Below are positions 1-10,327 of a DNA stretch of 64,000 bases, one piece after another. The stretch is from an uncultured Chloroflexia bacterium (GTDB lineage: Bacteria; Chloroflexota; Dehalococcoidia; DSTF01; JALHUB01). Position numbers and translations under genes: made by a program. The stretch's first letter is position 1. Each line of letters begins with the position of its first letter. The notes below the pieces were generated by a model. That model was given only the letters and a program-made list of their open reading frames with translations. It was not told where the DNA came from and made no database searches. Where the stretch lies: NCBI GenBank assembly GCA_963726245.1, contig CAVSBT010000044.1, positions 28,177 to 92,176 on the forward strand, given 5' to 3'.

Positions 1-442
1 TCGAGTGGACGGCGTAGAGTCGCCCCAGTTCCACCTCCAGGCCGGTCTCCTCTCGAAACTCGCGCCGCGCCGCATCGCGCACGTCCTCGTCGGCCTCAAC
101 GTAGCCGCAGGGGATGCACCACCGCCCCTCGAATGGGGAGGTGCGACGCCGCCCCAGGAGCAGGCGCCCGTCCTGCACGACGACCACGGCCACGCCGGGC
201 AGAGGGTTGGCGTGGAGGACGTAGTCGCAGCGGGGGCAGGCCGGCCGCTCCCGGCCGCCGACGGCCCGCCGCTCGAGGCCGGCGCCGCAGCGGGGGCAGA
301 AGCGATGCGTCTCCACCTCGAAGGCGGCGCGGCAGTCGGGACAAACGACCCTGTTGCCGACGGGGTGTCGGTAGAGGTCATGCTGGGCCCCACAGCGCGG
401 GCAGGTGACGGAGGAGGACTTGTCCGTGTTGGTCTGTGTCAA
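1..442 (-). CDS. NUDIX hydrolase with N-terminal zinc ribbons (partial, runs off window start)
   Basis: Not in the ORF track. Manual translation from TTG at 442 (TTGA overlap with the hemB stop) gives CPRC..CPDC..CPRC..CPRC followed by a Nudix box, [23 protein letters not shown]. Confidence 0.85.
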   Translation of the reverse strand, partial: MTQTNTDKSSSVTCPRCGAQHDLYRHPVGNRVVCPDCRAAFEVETHRFCPRCGAGLERRAVGGRERPACPRCDYVLHANPLPGVAVVVVQDGRLLLGRRRTSPFEGRWCIPCGYVEADEDVRDAARREFREETGLEVELGRLYAVHS

Positions 443-1449
443 TCTGTGGCTGATCCCGGCTGCGCCAGCCAGGCGGCGGCCTCCTTGGCGTGGTAGGTGA
501 TGATGATGTCGGCGCCGGCCCGCTTGATGGCCGTGAGCACCTCCAGCGCCGCGCGCCGGCCGTCGAGCCAGCCCAGGCGGTCGGCCGCCTTCACCATAGC
601 GTACTCGCCGCTGACGTTGTAGGCCGCCAGGGGCAGGTCGAAGCGCCGGCGAGCGCGGGCTATCACGTCCAGATAGGCGAGGGCCGGCTTCACCATCACG
701 ATGTCCGCCCCCTCGGCGATGTCGGCCTCGATCTCGCGGAGGGCCTCGCGGACGTTGGGCGGGTCCATCTGATAGCCGCGGCGGTCGCCGAACTGCGGCG
801 CCGAGTCGGCGGCGACGCGGAAGGGGCCGTAGAAGGCGGAGGCGTACTTGGCGGCGTAGGCCATGATCGGCAGGTGGGCGAAGCCGCCGTCGTCCAGGGC
901 GCGGCGGATGGCCGCCACGCGGCCGTCCATCATGTCCGAGGGCGCCACCATGTCGGCGCCGGCGCGGGCGTGCGAGAGGGCCGTGCGGGCCAGCAGCTCC
1001 AGCGTGCGGTCATTGTCCACCTCGCCATCCTCCACAACCCCGCAGTGGCCGTGGCTGGTGTACTCGCAGAGGCAGACATCGGTGATGACGACCAGCTCCG
1101 GCGCGGTCCGCTTGAGGATGCGCACCGCCTCCTGGACGATGCCGTCGTCGGCGTAGGCCTCGCTGCCCTCGTCGTCCTTGGCGGCGGGCAGGCCGAAGAG
1201 GAGGACGGCGGGGATGCCGAGGGCGCGCAGCTCCTCGGCCTCGCGGGCCAGCCCGTCGGGCGAGAGGTGGTACTGGCCGGGCATGGACTCGATCTCCCGT
1301 CGCAGGCCGTGGCCGTGGGCGACGAAGAGGGGGTAGACGAAGTCGGCGGGCGAGAGGCGGGTCTCCCGCACGAGGCCGCGCAGCCCCTCGCTGCGCCGTA
1401 GGCGGCGGAAGCGCGCGAAAGTGGGGTGAAGGACGGTGCGGGTGGTCAT
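439..1449 (-). CDS. hemB: Porphobilinogen synthase (delta-aminolevulinic acid dehydratase)
   Basis: [14 protein letters not shown] Zn site, [17 protein letters not shown] and MVKPA motifs. Confidence 0.97.
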   Translation of the reverse strand: MTTRTVLHPTFARFRRLRRSEGLRGLVRETRLSPADFVYPLFVAHGHGLRREIESMPGQYHLSPDGLAREAEELRALGIPAVLLFGLPAAKDDEGSEAYADDGIVQEAVRILKRTAPELVVITDVCLCEYTSHGHCGVVEDGEVDNDRTLELLARTALSHARAGADMVAPSDMMDGRVAAIRRALDDGGFAHLPIMAYAAKYASAFYGPFRVAADSAPQFGDRRGYQMDPPNVREALREIEADIAEGADIVMVKPALAYLDVIARARRRFDLPLAAYNVSGEYAMVKAADRLGWLDGRRAALEVLTAIKRAGADIIITYHAKEAAAWLAQPGSATD

Positions 1450-1505
1450 GCCGCCCTAATTATACGCCGGTTCCAATCGGGCTGCCGGGGCAGGGAGAAG
1501 CCCCT

Positions 1506-2543
1506 CTACGGCTTGAGCACTATCTTCCCGAAGTGGCTCCCCGTCTCGAGCATCTGCTGCGCCTTCGCCGCGTCGCGCAGCGGCAGCACGGTGTCCACCA
1601 CGCACTTGATCTTGCCCGCCTCGACGGCCTTTAGCCCCTCCAGCAGCTCGCCCTTGTTCCCCTGGTGAGAGCCCAGCAACGAGAGCTGCTTCTGGAAGAG
1701 GAAGCGGAGGTCGGTCCGGCCCTCGAAGCCGGTGGTGACGCCGCAGATCACAAGCCGCCCGCCCCAGGACATGGCCTGGATGCTGCGCTCCCAGGTGGCC
1801 TCGCCGGTGTGCTCGAAGACCACCTCCACCCCTTTCCGGCCGGCGATGCGTTTGACCTCGGCCACCACGTCCTGCGTGTTATAGTTGACAGCCGCATCGG
1901 CACCGAGGGCCTTCGCCTTGGCGCACTTCTCGTCCGTCCCGCCGACGGCGATGACGCGGGCGCCCGTCAACTTCGCCACCTGAATGGCCACGTGGCCGAT
2001 GCCGCTGCTGGCGCCCCAGACGAGCACGTCCTCGCCCGGCTTGAGCTGCGCCCTCCCGATCAGCATGTGCCAGACCGTCAGCAGCACCAGGCCGATGCCC
2101 GCCCCTTCCTCCCAACTCAGGTTGGCGGGCATGGGTACCACGTTGGCCTCGGGTATGCGGGCGTACTCGCCGTAGGCGCCGTCCAGGGGCCCCGTCTGGA
2201 AGCCGTATATCTTGAAATGGCGGCAGAAGTACTCGTTGCCCGAGGTACAGGCGGCGCAAATCCGGCAGCTCACGCCGGGGTGGATCATGACCTTGTCGCC
2301 TACCTTGACAGTGGTGACGGCGCCGCCCACTTCCGCAACCTCGCCGGCGATGTCGCTGCCCGAGATATGCGGCAGGTCGAACTTCATGCCAGGCAGCCCC
2401 CGCCGGGCCCACACGTCGTTGAAGTTGCAGCCGATGGCGTGGATCTTGATGATGACGTCTGTCGGGCCCGGCTTGGGGTCCGGCACGTCCTCGTACTTCA
2501 AGACCTCTGGTCCGCCGTGCTCGTGGAACACAACCGCTTTCAT
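1506..2543 (-). CDS. Zinc-binding alcohol dehydrogenase / quinone oxidoreductase (MDR) family protein
   Basis: MKAVVFHEHGGPEVL start, structural Zn site CxxCxxC-x7-C, GASSGIG nucleotide-binding motif, HFGKIVL C-terminus. Confidence 0.9.
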   Translation of the reverse strand: MKAVVFHEHGGPEVLKYEDVPDPKPGPTDVIIKIHAIGCNFNDVWARRGLPGMKFDLPHISGSDIAGEVAEVGGAVTTVKVGDKVMIHPGVSCRICAACTSGNEYFCRHFKIYGFQTGPLDGAYGEYARIPEANVVPMPANLSWEEGAGIGLVLLTVWHMLIGRAQLKPGEDVLVWGASSGIGHVAIQVAKLTGARVIAVGGTDEKCAKAKALGADAAVNYNTQDVVAEVKRIAGRKGVEVVFEHTGEATWERSIQAMSWGGRLVICGVTTGFEGRTDLRFLFQKQLSLLGSHQGNKGELLEGLKAVEAGKIKCVVDTVLPLRDAAKAQQMLETGSHFGKIVLKP

Positions 2544-2778
2544 GTCTTGCTCTCCTCTGATTGGCAGCCGGCGCTACTCCAGCCCAACGGCCCGCATACG
2601 ATGGGTCGCGAAGGCCCTCCCCCGTGCGCAGCCACCTCTCGGCGCCGCTGACGGGCAGGCCCGCGCGACCAGATGAAGTCCGCAGCCAATGATCGCCTCT
2701 GTGAGACAGTAGCGCAAGGGCCCGGCGGACGGACGAAGCGCCGCTACAAGCCGGCGGGCCAAGCGATGGCCGGCACGC

Positions 2779-2807
2779 TTGAGAGCACGCTGCGACGGTG
2801 ATATGAT
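2779..2807 (+). promoter_or_regulatory. Sigma70-type promoter for riboswitch copy 1
   Basis: TTGAGA-N17-TATGAT with an extended -10 TG, about 17 nt upstream of the aptamer. Confidence 0.65.
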
Positions 2808-2824
2808 ACATGGCGCAGGAAACG

Positions 2825-2888
2825 GGCGATGAAGCTCGCCCGCCCGGATCATCCGGGGTACCGCCCAAACAGGGCTGATAGCTTCTAC
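2825..2888 (+). ncRNA. Fluoride riboswitch (crcB motif), copy 1
   Basis: P1 GGCGA-UGAAGC-UCGCC, P2 GCCC-AAACA-GGGC, then UGAUAGCUUCUAC, whose GCUUC can pseudoknot with the P1 loop GAAGC. This matches the crcB-motif architecture. Confidence 0.85.
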
Positions 2889-2914
2889 GGACTCACAGCC
2901 GTAGGAGCTTTCTT
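2880..2914 (+). terminator. Intrinsic terminator (riboswitch expression platform), copy 1
   Basis: AGCTTCTACGG-actcacag-CCGTAGGAGCT followed by TTCTT. Its 5' arm overlaps the pseudoknot strand. Confidence 0.75.
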
Positions 2915-2998
2915 GATGACGGGTTATGCCAGGCTCAAGCGTTCTGCAACCTTTCCCTTAGAGCCGACCAATCCATAGCTCTAGTATCGCTTGCTCCA

Positions 2999-3391
2999 AT
3001 GCCTACACGAACACCCTTCGACGTCCTTGGAGTCCCTCCTCATGCTAAGCTTGCCGTCATCCGTGCTGCATACCGCGCCCTCGCTCGGAAATACCACCCA
3101 GACACCGGTCGCATCCCCAGTGACAGATCGCACAAGCTCATGGTCGAGCTCAACTGGGCAATGGAGGAGCTGCAACGCGATCTTGCCGGCTGGCGAACAC
3201 GGGCTGGCGTCCAGCAGCCCGCCGACGCGAAGACCGACTCTTCCGTCAGAGTCCAGAACAATGAAGCCCCTGACTCCTCCACGCCCCACGCCAAGGCCTT
3301 TGACGAACGATGGAGGCGATTCATGGAGAAGTACTCGAGGAGCTGCTCCACGGACTCCTCCGACGAGACGCCGCTCTCAAAGAGCTGGTGA
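2999..3391 (+). CDS. J-domain (DnaJ-type) protein
   Basis: PFDVLGV...IRAAYRALARKYHPD...MVELNWA, a J-domain with the HPD motif. Confidence 0.8.
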   Translation: MPTRTPFDVLGVPPHAKLAVIRAAYRALARKYHPDTGRIPSDRSHKLMVELNWAMEELQRDLAGWRTRAGVQQPADAKTDSSVRVQNNEAPDSSTPHAKAFDERWRRFMEKYSRSCSTDSSDETPLSKSW

Positions 3392-3427
3392 AAGCCAGTG
3401 CCACCCCACAGTCGAAGAGGCGAGCGC

Positions 3428-3456
3428 TTGAGGCCGGGTGTCGGAGGTGCTAGCAT
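3428..3456 (+). promoter_or_regulatory. Sigma70-type promoter for riboswitch copy 2
   Basis: TTGAGG-N17-TAGCAT with an extended -10 TG, in the same position relative to the aptamer as copy 1. Confidence 0.65.
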
Positions 3457-3473
3457 ATAGACACGGAAAACGG

Positions 3474-3537
3474 GGCGATGAAGCTCGCCCGCCCGGACCA
3501 TCTGGGGTACCGCCCAAACAGGGCTGATAGCTTCTAC
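3474..3537 (+). ncRNA. Fluoride riboswitch (crcB motif), copy 2
   Basis: Near-identical to 2825-2888: GGCGAUGAAGCUCGCC...GCCCAAACAGGGCUGAUAGCUUCUAC. Confidence 0.85.
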
Positions 3538-3563
3538 GGATTCACAGCCGTAGGAGCTTTTTT
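3529..3563 (+). terminator. Intrinsic terminator (riboswitch expression platform), copy 2
   Basis: AGCTTCTACGG-attcacag-CCGTAGGAGCT followed by a T run. Confidence 0.8.
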
Positions 3564-3564
3564 C

Positions 3565-4431
3565 ATGGGGTTTGGGGAACGCGCTGTGGTCAGCACAGAG
3601 GTGGCGCCGCTCGCGCTGGACCTTTCTCGGGTCGCGGGCTACGTGGCATCGTGCCGCGTACCCGATGGAGGGTACTTCTTCGCCCAGATCTCGCCTGCCA
3701 GCGCCCAAGACACCTACTTCGCCCTTGCCTCTCTGCGACTCCTTGGGCAAGAGCCCCAAGACGTGACGGGTGTGAAACGATGGGTAGAGGAATGGCGCCG
3801 GACACCCAGTAACGTGGCCAGCGTCCACGGCGCGTACCTTCTCTGCGGCCTGCTTGAAGAGCTAGGCGAAGGCCTCGATCCGGCGCGTCCCTACGCCAGG
3901 CTGATCGCCGACAGCGAGAATAGCCTGGGGGGCTTCGGTACCTACGAGAACGTGTACGTGGAATCGGCATCAGAGCTTCAGGTGACCTGCGAGGTCGTGT
4001 CGGTGCTGACAAGATTGGGATGCCCGCCCAACCATGAGCGTGTTGAGAGTTTCTTGCGTCGGTTCCGTCAGCCAGACGGCGGATTCGGCCTCTACCGCTC
4101 GACGCTGCCCTCAACCTACCACGCGTGCGCCGCGCTTGCCCAACTGCCGGAGTCAGGGCCCCTCGTGGACGGCGCGCGGCTCTACCTCCAACGAGAGGCG
4201 CAGCGGTGGGCGGCTTATTTCCTAGACGATGTCTTCTACCTGATCCAAGGACTCAGCTTGACCGGCAGCGCGGCGGCATCTGCCGCCAATGCTGCCACCC
4301 ACGTGCTGGCCTGCCAGCGGCCGCGGGGTGGCTTTGCCCGCGCTCCCGTCATCGGCATTCCCACGCTGGAGCACACCTACTACGCCCTTCAGGTGCTCGA
4401 TTCGGTGGGTCTCCTCAGCGGGCAGCGATGA
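3565..4431 (+). CDS. Prenyltransferase/squalene-cyclase (PFTB-like) repeat protein
   Basis: Repeated (Q/R)xxDGGF..S..xTY(F/H)AxxxL units. Start moved from 3478 (inside the riboswitch) to ATG 3565, or possibly GTG 3601. Confidence 0.8.
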   Translation: MGFGERAVVSTEVAPLALDLSRVAGYVASCRVPDGGYFFAQISPASAQDTYFALASLRLLGQEPQDVTGVKRWVEEWRRTPSNVASVHGAYLLCGLLEELGEGLDPARPYARLIADSENSLGGFGTYENVYVESASELQVTCEVVSVLTRLGCPPNHERVESFLRRFRQPDGGFGLYRSTLPSTYHACAALAQLPESGPLVDGARLYLQREAQRWAAYFLDDVFYLIQGLSLTGSAAASAANAATHVLACQRPRGGFARAPVIGIPTLEHTYYALQVLDSVGLLSGQR

Positions 4432-5831
4432 GAAATGACGAGGGGATGCAAGCATTGAACCAGGTCCCCAAGAGTGAGGCCCCCAAAGACACCGCCGAAG
4501 CGGTCGTGCTGCGACCGAGGGGCACGTACAACGACTTCGTGTTTGATGAGCGATACCGTATGGTACGCCTGAAGGGGGTGGTCCGCCGGGCCGGCTCGGT
4601 GGCCGAGGTGGGAGAGGTGCGCGGGGCATGGGACTCCGACGGCGAGCCCTTCCAGGCTCTGGTATTCACCGCTTTGCCCACATTGCCCGGCTGTATAGTC
4701 CGCGGCCACGTCGAGGGCGCGCTGGAGGGTCGAACTGCGGAGGGCGCCAGGCATGCGCTCGTGCTGAGCACAGCCGGTCAGGGCGATGCTCTGTCTCAGA
4801 AAACGCTGGCTGGGCAGGTCCTACCAACGGCTGTCGCCCTCCTAGGTTGGAGGCCGTCCACCGAGGTGCGGTGGCTGGAGAAGGACGCAGCGCTCGCCCT
4901 GCTGTGGGAGGGACGCCAGAGACTGCTTGCCGATCGCGCCCGGCAGCGGCCGGCGCGGCATGGCGCCGCCTGGAAGGCGCAGCCCGGTGAACGCCCCCGA
5001 GAGGGTTCGCCCTACACGGAACCCCACACCTGGGCCGAAAGGATGGTGGGCAGCCTGCCCTTCCGATTCCAGCGTTATGTGCAGGACGAGCTTCTGGAGG
5101 AGGAACGCATACTCTTCTTCGTGGAGCGGCCTCCCTTCCGGCCGCCTGGGGCGCGCTGGGGCGTCCTGCGACGGCAGCGGTTGAGCGAAGGGCTTCTCAT
5201 CGTCACCGACCGGCAGCTCTTGTTCATGGAGGACGCTCTGCCCCCAGACATAACGATGGTTCACTGGGGGTACATCGCCCGTGTGACGGCCGTGGAACGA
5301 ATCCAGAGCGCAGAGCTGCGCGCGGAACCCGACCGCGCTGTCCTTCACGTCCGGGTGCATGCGCAATCTGGGTCAGAGCACCTCTCTGTGCCCTTTCCCC
5401 CGGAATGCAAGGACCCTCTCGCCGAAGTCGAGTCGCTCCTGCGGTCCTTCGCTTCGCCTGAAGGCGGCGCGGTCAGACGCCTCTACGCCGAGGAAGACGG
5501 GGCGAAAGACAGGGAGGTCGTGGAGGCGTCCAGCCGGGTAGGGAACTGGGCACGGGTCGAGGGGAAGGATGTGGTGGTTCACGGCCCGCGCGGCGAGGCG
5601 CGCCTTGACTCTGCCTGCATCTCGACTGTCGAGTTCATGAACTCACTGGTGGGGTGCCGCTTGAGATTCTTCTCGCCACAAGAGAGGCACCTTACCGAGT
5701 CCTCGGTGCCCTTCGAGTACCCTGAGGCTGAGCTGTTCCTGGCGGTCTACAAGAGGGTTCGCTGGCTGCTCGCGAGGCCGCTCGCTGCCCAGCCAGCCGG
5801 GCAAGACGCCGCCGCAACCGTGCAGCGATGA
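4428..5831 (+). CDS. Degenerate family I inorganic pyrophosphatase domain fused to PH-like domain(s)
   Basis: ATGA-coupled to the upstream gene. N-terminal AVVLRPRGT..FDE..DSDGEPFQALV..PTLPGCIV aligns by eye to Ppa (VVIEIP..DGDPVDVLV..P..PG.V). C-terminal L.EEERIL..GLLIVTDRQLLF resembles a bacterial PH domain. Confidence 0.7.
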   Translation: MRNDEGMQALNQVPKSEAPKDTAEAVVLRPRGTYNDFVFDERYRMVRLKGVVRRAGSVAEVGEVRGAWDSDGEPFQALVFTALPTLPGCIVRGHVEGALEGRTAEGARHALVLSTAGQGDALSQKTLAGQVLPTAVALLGWRPSTEVRWLEKDAALALLWEGRQRLLADRARQRPARHGAAWKAQPGERPREGSPYTEPHTWAERMVGSLPFRFQRYVQDELLEEERILFFVERPPFRPPGARWGVLRRQRLSEGLLIVTDRQLLFMEDALPPDITMVHWGYIARVTAVERIQSAELRAEPDRAVLHVRVHAQSGSEHLSVPFPPECKDPLAEVESLLRSFASPEGGAVRRLYAEEDGAKDREVVEASSRVGNWARVEGKDVVVHGPRGEARLDSACISTVEFMNSLVGCRLRFFSPQERHLTESSVPFEYPEAELFLAVYKRVRWLLARPLAAQPAGQDAAATVQR

Positions 5832-5981
5832 CGGCGGCCCGGCCACCCGGAAGCCCCTGCGCTCTTGTTCCAAAACGCTCAGCGGCGTGGACCTGGCCCC
5901 CCGCCCGGCCGAGGGTGCTGACTCTGCTATACTGGCGCCGCTGCACGGAGCCGATAAGCCATTATGACGGCAAGGTGTCCT

Positions 5982-6675
5982 ATGGCAAGGCTGCTGGCGG
6001 CGCTGACCGTCGTCCTCATGCTCACCCTCACTGCCTGCAAGAACGCCACATCTCACCACCACTGGGACGCCCAAAGGGATCGCAGAGCGCATAGACTGCA
6101 TCGCGGGAACGCCCGAAGCCATCATGGGGTGTGTAGAGCGTGCGGTGGCAGGCTCGGGAGGGTATCGCATTACGATCACCGGTCAGAATCTTGTCCTGCC
6201 CGAGTGGGGCGGGATCGACAGCGGAACGATTGATGTCGGCACGGACGGGACTGTGGTCCGAGGTGACGTCGAACGCACCGGTGACGGGCCATACTCCCTC
6301 GTCTCACTTGGCGGCGAGACGTTCTTCCAGCGCGGGACTTGTGACCACATGGCCCGTGTTCCTGGTGGCGGAGCGGCCGTGGTCACGCCCTTCCTGCTGG
6401 GCACCAGCGGGGCGTTGAGCCGAGCTACGAATGTGCGATTCGGTGGGACCGCCTACAAGGACTTCATAGCGGTCCGGGCGAACGTTGAAGACCTCGGTGA
6501 CGTGCTCATCCAGCTTGACACGTCGACCTACCTTCCGTTTCGACTGGTCAAAGAGCCTGGCCCCAACGGCGGAAGCCAATTCCAGTGGCTGTTCAGCGAT
6601 TGGGGACAGGCGCCGTCGGTCTCAAGACCGGCCGGCACACCCCCAGATCAGGGACCGGGCGGCAACCCCTGCTGA
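5982..6675 (+). CDS. Putative lipoprotein (apparent frameshift near 6050)
   Basis: Lipobox MARLLAALTVVLMLTLTA-C in one frame. The body continues in the 6124..6675 frame, which is open upstream of 6124. Confidence 0.6.
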
Positions 6676-6871
6676 AGGGGTCGGGCCCCGCTCAGCCTCC
6701 ACGTATTGACCCCTGCGCCGACTTCAGAAGTGCGCCTTCCGTCCGATCCTTTATTGGTGGCAGCTTGCCACCTCTCCTGACAAGAGGCTCATGGTCGCCC
6801 TACGGGAAGAGTGGTCTAGAGAGCAGCATGCGGACCAGGGGCCGGCCTCCGATGCGGAAGCGGCTCGCTGG

Positions 6872-7255
6872 ATGAGCCTGCGTCACGCTTCCTGCCGCCT
6901 CGACGTCTGCCCCAGCACCCTGCGCCGGCGAATCCGAAAGGGCCAGTTGCCCTGGCGCATCGTCAACCACGGCCGCCGCTGGGCCTACGAGGTGCTGGTC
7001 CCCAACGGCGCCTCCCCATGCGCCGCGCTCGAACGGGTGGTCAGCGTGGAAGCCCATCTCCCTCACCAGGTGGACGAGAAAGAGAAAGAGATCAACCGCC
7101 TGAAGTACGATATCCACCGCCAGGAAGAGCAGATTGAGAATCTGTCCCAGGCCCTGGCTCGGGCGCGGGCCGGAAGCCGCTACACGCCGGAGGACAGCCC
7201 CTTCACCAAGTATCGAGATCTGGCGCTCCGGCGCCGCCGCTGGTGGCTCTTCTAG
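6872..7255 (+). CDS. Helix-turn-helix DNA-binding protein with coiled coil
   Basis: MSLRHASCRLDVCPSTLRRRIRKGQL (MerR/excisionase-like HTH) followed by heptad repeats. The start could be at 6791. Confidence 0.65.
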   Translation: MSLRHASCRLDVCPSTLRRRIRKGQLPWRIVNHGRRWAYEVLVPNGASPCAALERVVSVEAHLPHQVDEKEKEINRLKYDIHRQEEQIENLSQALARARAGSRYTPEDSPFTKYRDLALRRRRWWLF

Positions 7256-7284
7256 TTCGCCTGTCTTGTGCCGGGCAACCGGCG

Positions 7285-7509
7285 TCAGATGATCGGGCAG
7301 GTTAGCGTATCGGCAACGCCCGGGCAGCCCCGCACTTGCTGCGCCAGGCGGCCCAGGGCCGCGACATCCTGCGCCTCGCAGCGGACGAAGGCGTCCCAAG
7401 GCCCCAGGACCATGTCAAGTCCCTTGATACCCGGCTCCTTGAGGGCGTGGGACACCTTGGCGACGTCAGCGGTAGGAGCAAGCTTCACCAAGACGTAAGC
7501 AGAGATCAT
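7285..7509 (-). CDS. Lrp/AsnC ligand-binding domain protein
   Basis: AYVLVK...V.GPWD.....V..C.GV.DT.T pattern of a stand-alone RAM domain. Confidence 0.8.
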   Translation of the reverse strand: MISAYVLVKLAPTADVAKVSHALKEPGIKGLDMVLGPWDAFVRCEAQDVAALGRLAQQVRGCPGVADTLTCPII

Positions 7510-7612
7510 CGCAAACCTCCCGGCACCATTCGAGACTCACGGAACGCGGCGATGATAGCGGAAGGGCCGCCCCATGGCAAGGCGAAGGCTGATAGCCCGT
7601 CCGCGTCAGGCG

Positions 7613-7918
7613 TCAGGCTGGGCGCCTCAGGTAGATCTGCCGGGCGATGGAGAAGTCGATGGCCACCTCTGTCTCGCCCACCTGCACTACGGCGGCGGGC
7701 CGCTTCTGGAGGAGCCGCAGCACCGCATCGGGAACGATGCCAAGGCTGCTGAGATGCTCCAGGCGGCGGCCGTCGTCCGTCCCGATGTAGGCCACACGCC
7801 CCTCATCGCCCGGCCGCAAATCGGCGAGCGATGTCGCCTGTCCATCCCCCAGCCAGGCCCTCGGGCCACGACGGCGGCGCACGCGGGCCCGTCTGTGTCC
7901 GTGCATTCCCCACATCAA
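7613..7918 (-). CDS. feoA: Ferrous iron transport protein A
   Basis: SLADLRPGDEGRV...L.SLGIVP...VGETEVAI, an SH3-like FeoA pattern, in an operon with feoB. Confidence 0.85.
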   Translation of the reverse strand: MMWGMHGHRRARVRRRRGPRAWLGDGQATSLADLRPGDEGRVAYIGTDDGRRLEHLSSLGIVPDAVLRLLQKRPAAVVQVGETEVAIDFSIARQIYLRRPA

Positions 7919-8124
7919 GAGGCTTCCTTCCTAGCTTTGGCGCCCGTCTTCAGCACGGCTCCCGCCTTCCTGGCCAGCCGCACGAGGGCGCTTCGAGATT
8001 CGTCCACGGTCTGGTAGCCGCAGCGCGGGCAGCAGACGACCGGGCAGCCGCCCGAGAGCGGGCAAGCGGGGCTGCAACGCACGTCGTCTGGTGTGAATTC
8101 GTGGCCGCAGAGCGCGCACTTCAT
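7915..8124 (-). CDS. Small Cys-rich protein in the feo operon
   Basis: CxxC..CxxxCPxxxxCxxxCCPxCGY, tightly coupled between feoB and feoA. Confidence 0.75.
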   Translation of the reverse strand: MKCALCGHEFTPDDVRCSPACPLSGGCPVVCCPRCGYQTVDESRSALVRLARKAGAVLKTGAKARKEAS

Positions 8125-8125
8125 G

Positions 8126-10096
<1,971 letters not shown>

Positions 10097-10146
10097 AGTC
10101 TCATAGTCTGCAGCAGAAACTCCTCAGCTCTCACTTTCTATCTTCG

Positions 10147-10160
10147 TTAGTAGATGCTAA
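10147..10160. promoter_or_regulatory. Putative DtxR/MntR-family operator upstream of feoB
   Basis: TTAG-tagatg-CTAA inverted repeat about 50 bp upstream of the feoB start, resembling TTAG-N6-CTAA boxes of DtxR-family metal repressors. Confidence 0.45.
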
Positions 10161-10327
10161 TCGACACAGGGCCATCCGGCCCTTAATCACCCTGCTAACG
10201 GGCCTAATGAAGCCGGCAAACCTGATATTAATGCGTGAAGGGCTGCACAAATCGGTCGATACGCTGTACAATAGGGGCGACGGAATCCTTCTCGCAATCC
10301 CCGCCCGCGTAACGGTGAGGTGTTATT

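Noticed and set aside
3478-3564. N-terminal 29 codons of the 3478..4431 ORF, and the apparent duplicated gene start at 2829
   Set aside because: The duplicated sequence is the riboswitch plus terminator; the ATG is part of the aptamer's GGCGAUG.
6872-7255. Excisionase-like HTH as evidence of a prophage or ICE
   Set aside because: No integrase, att repeats or phage genes nearby.
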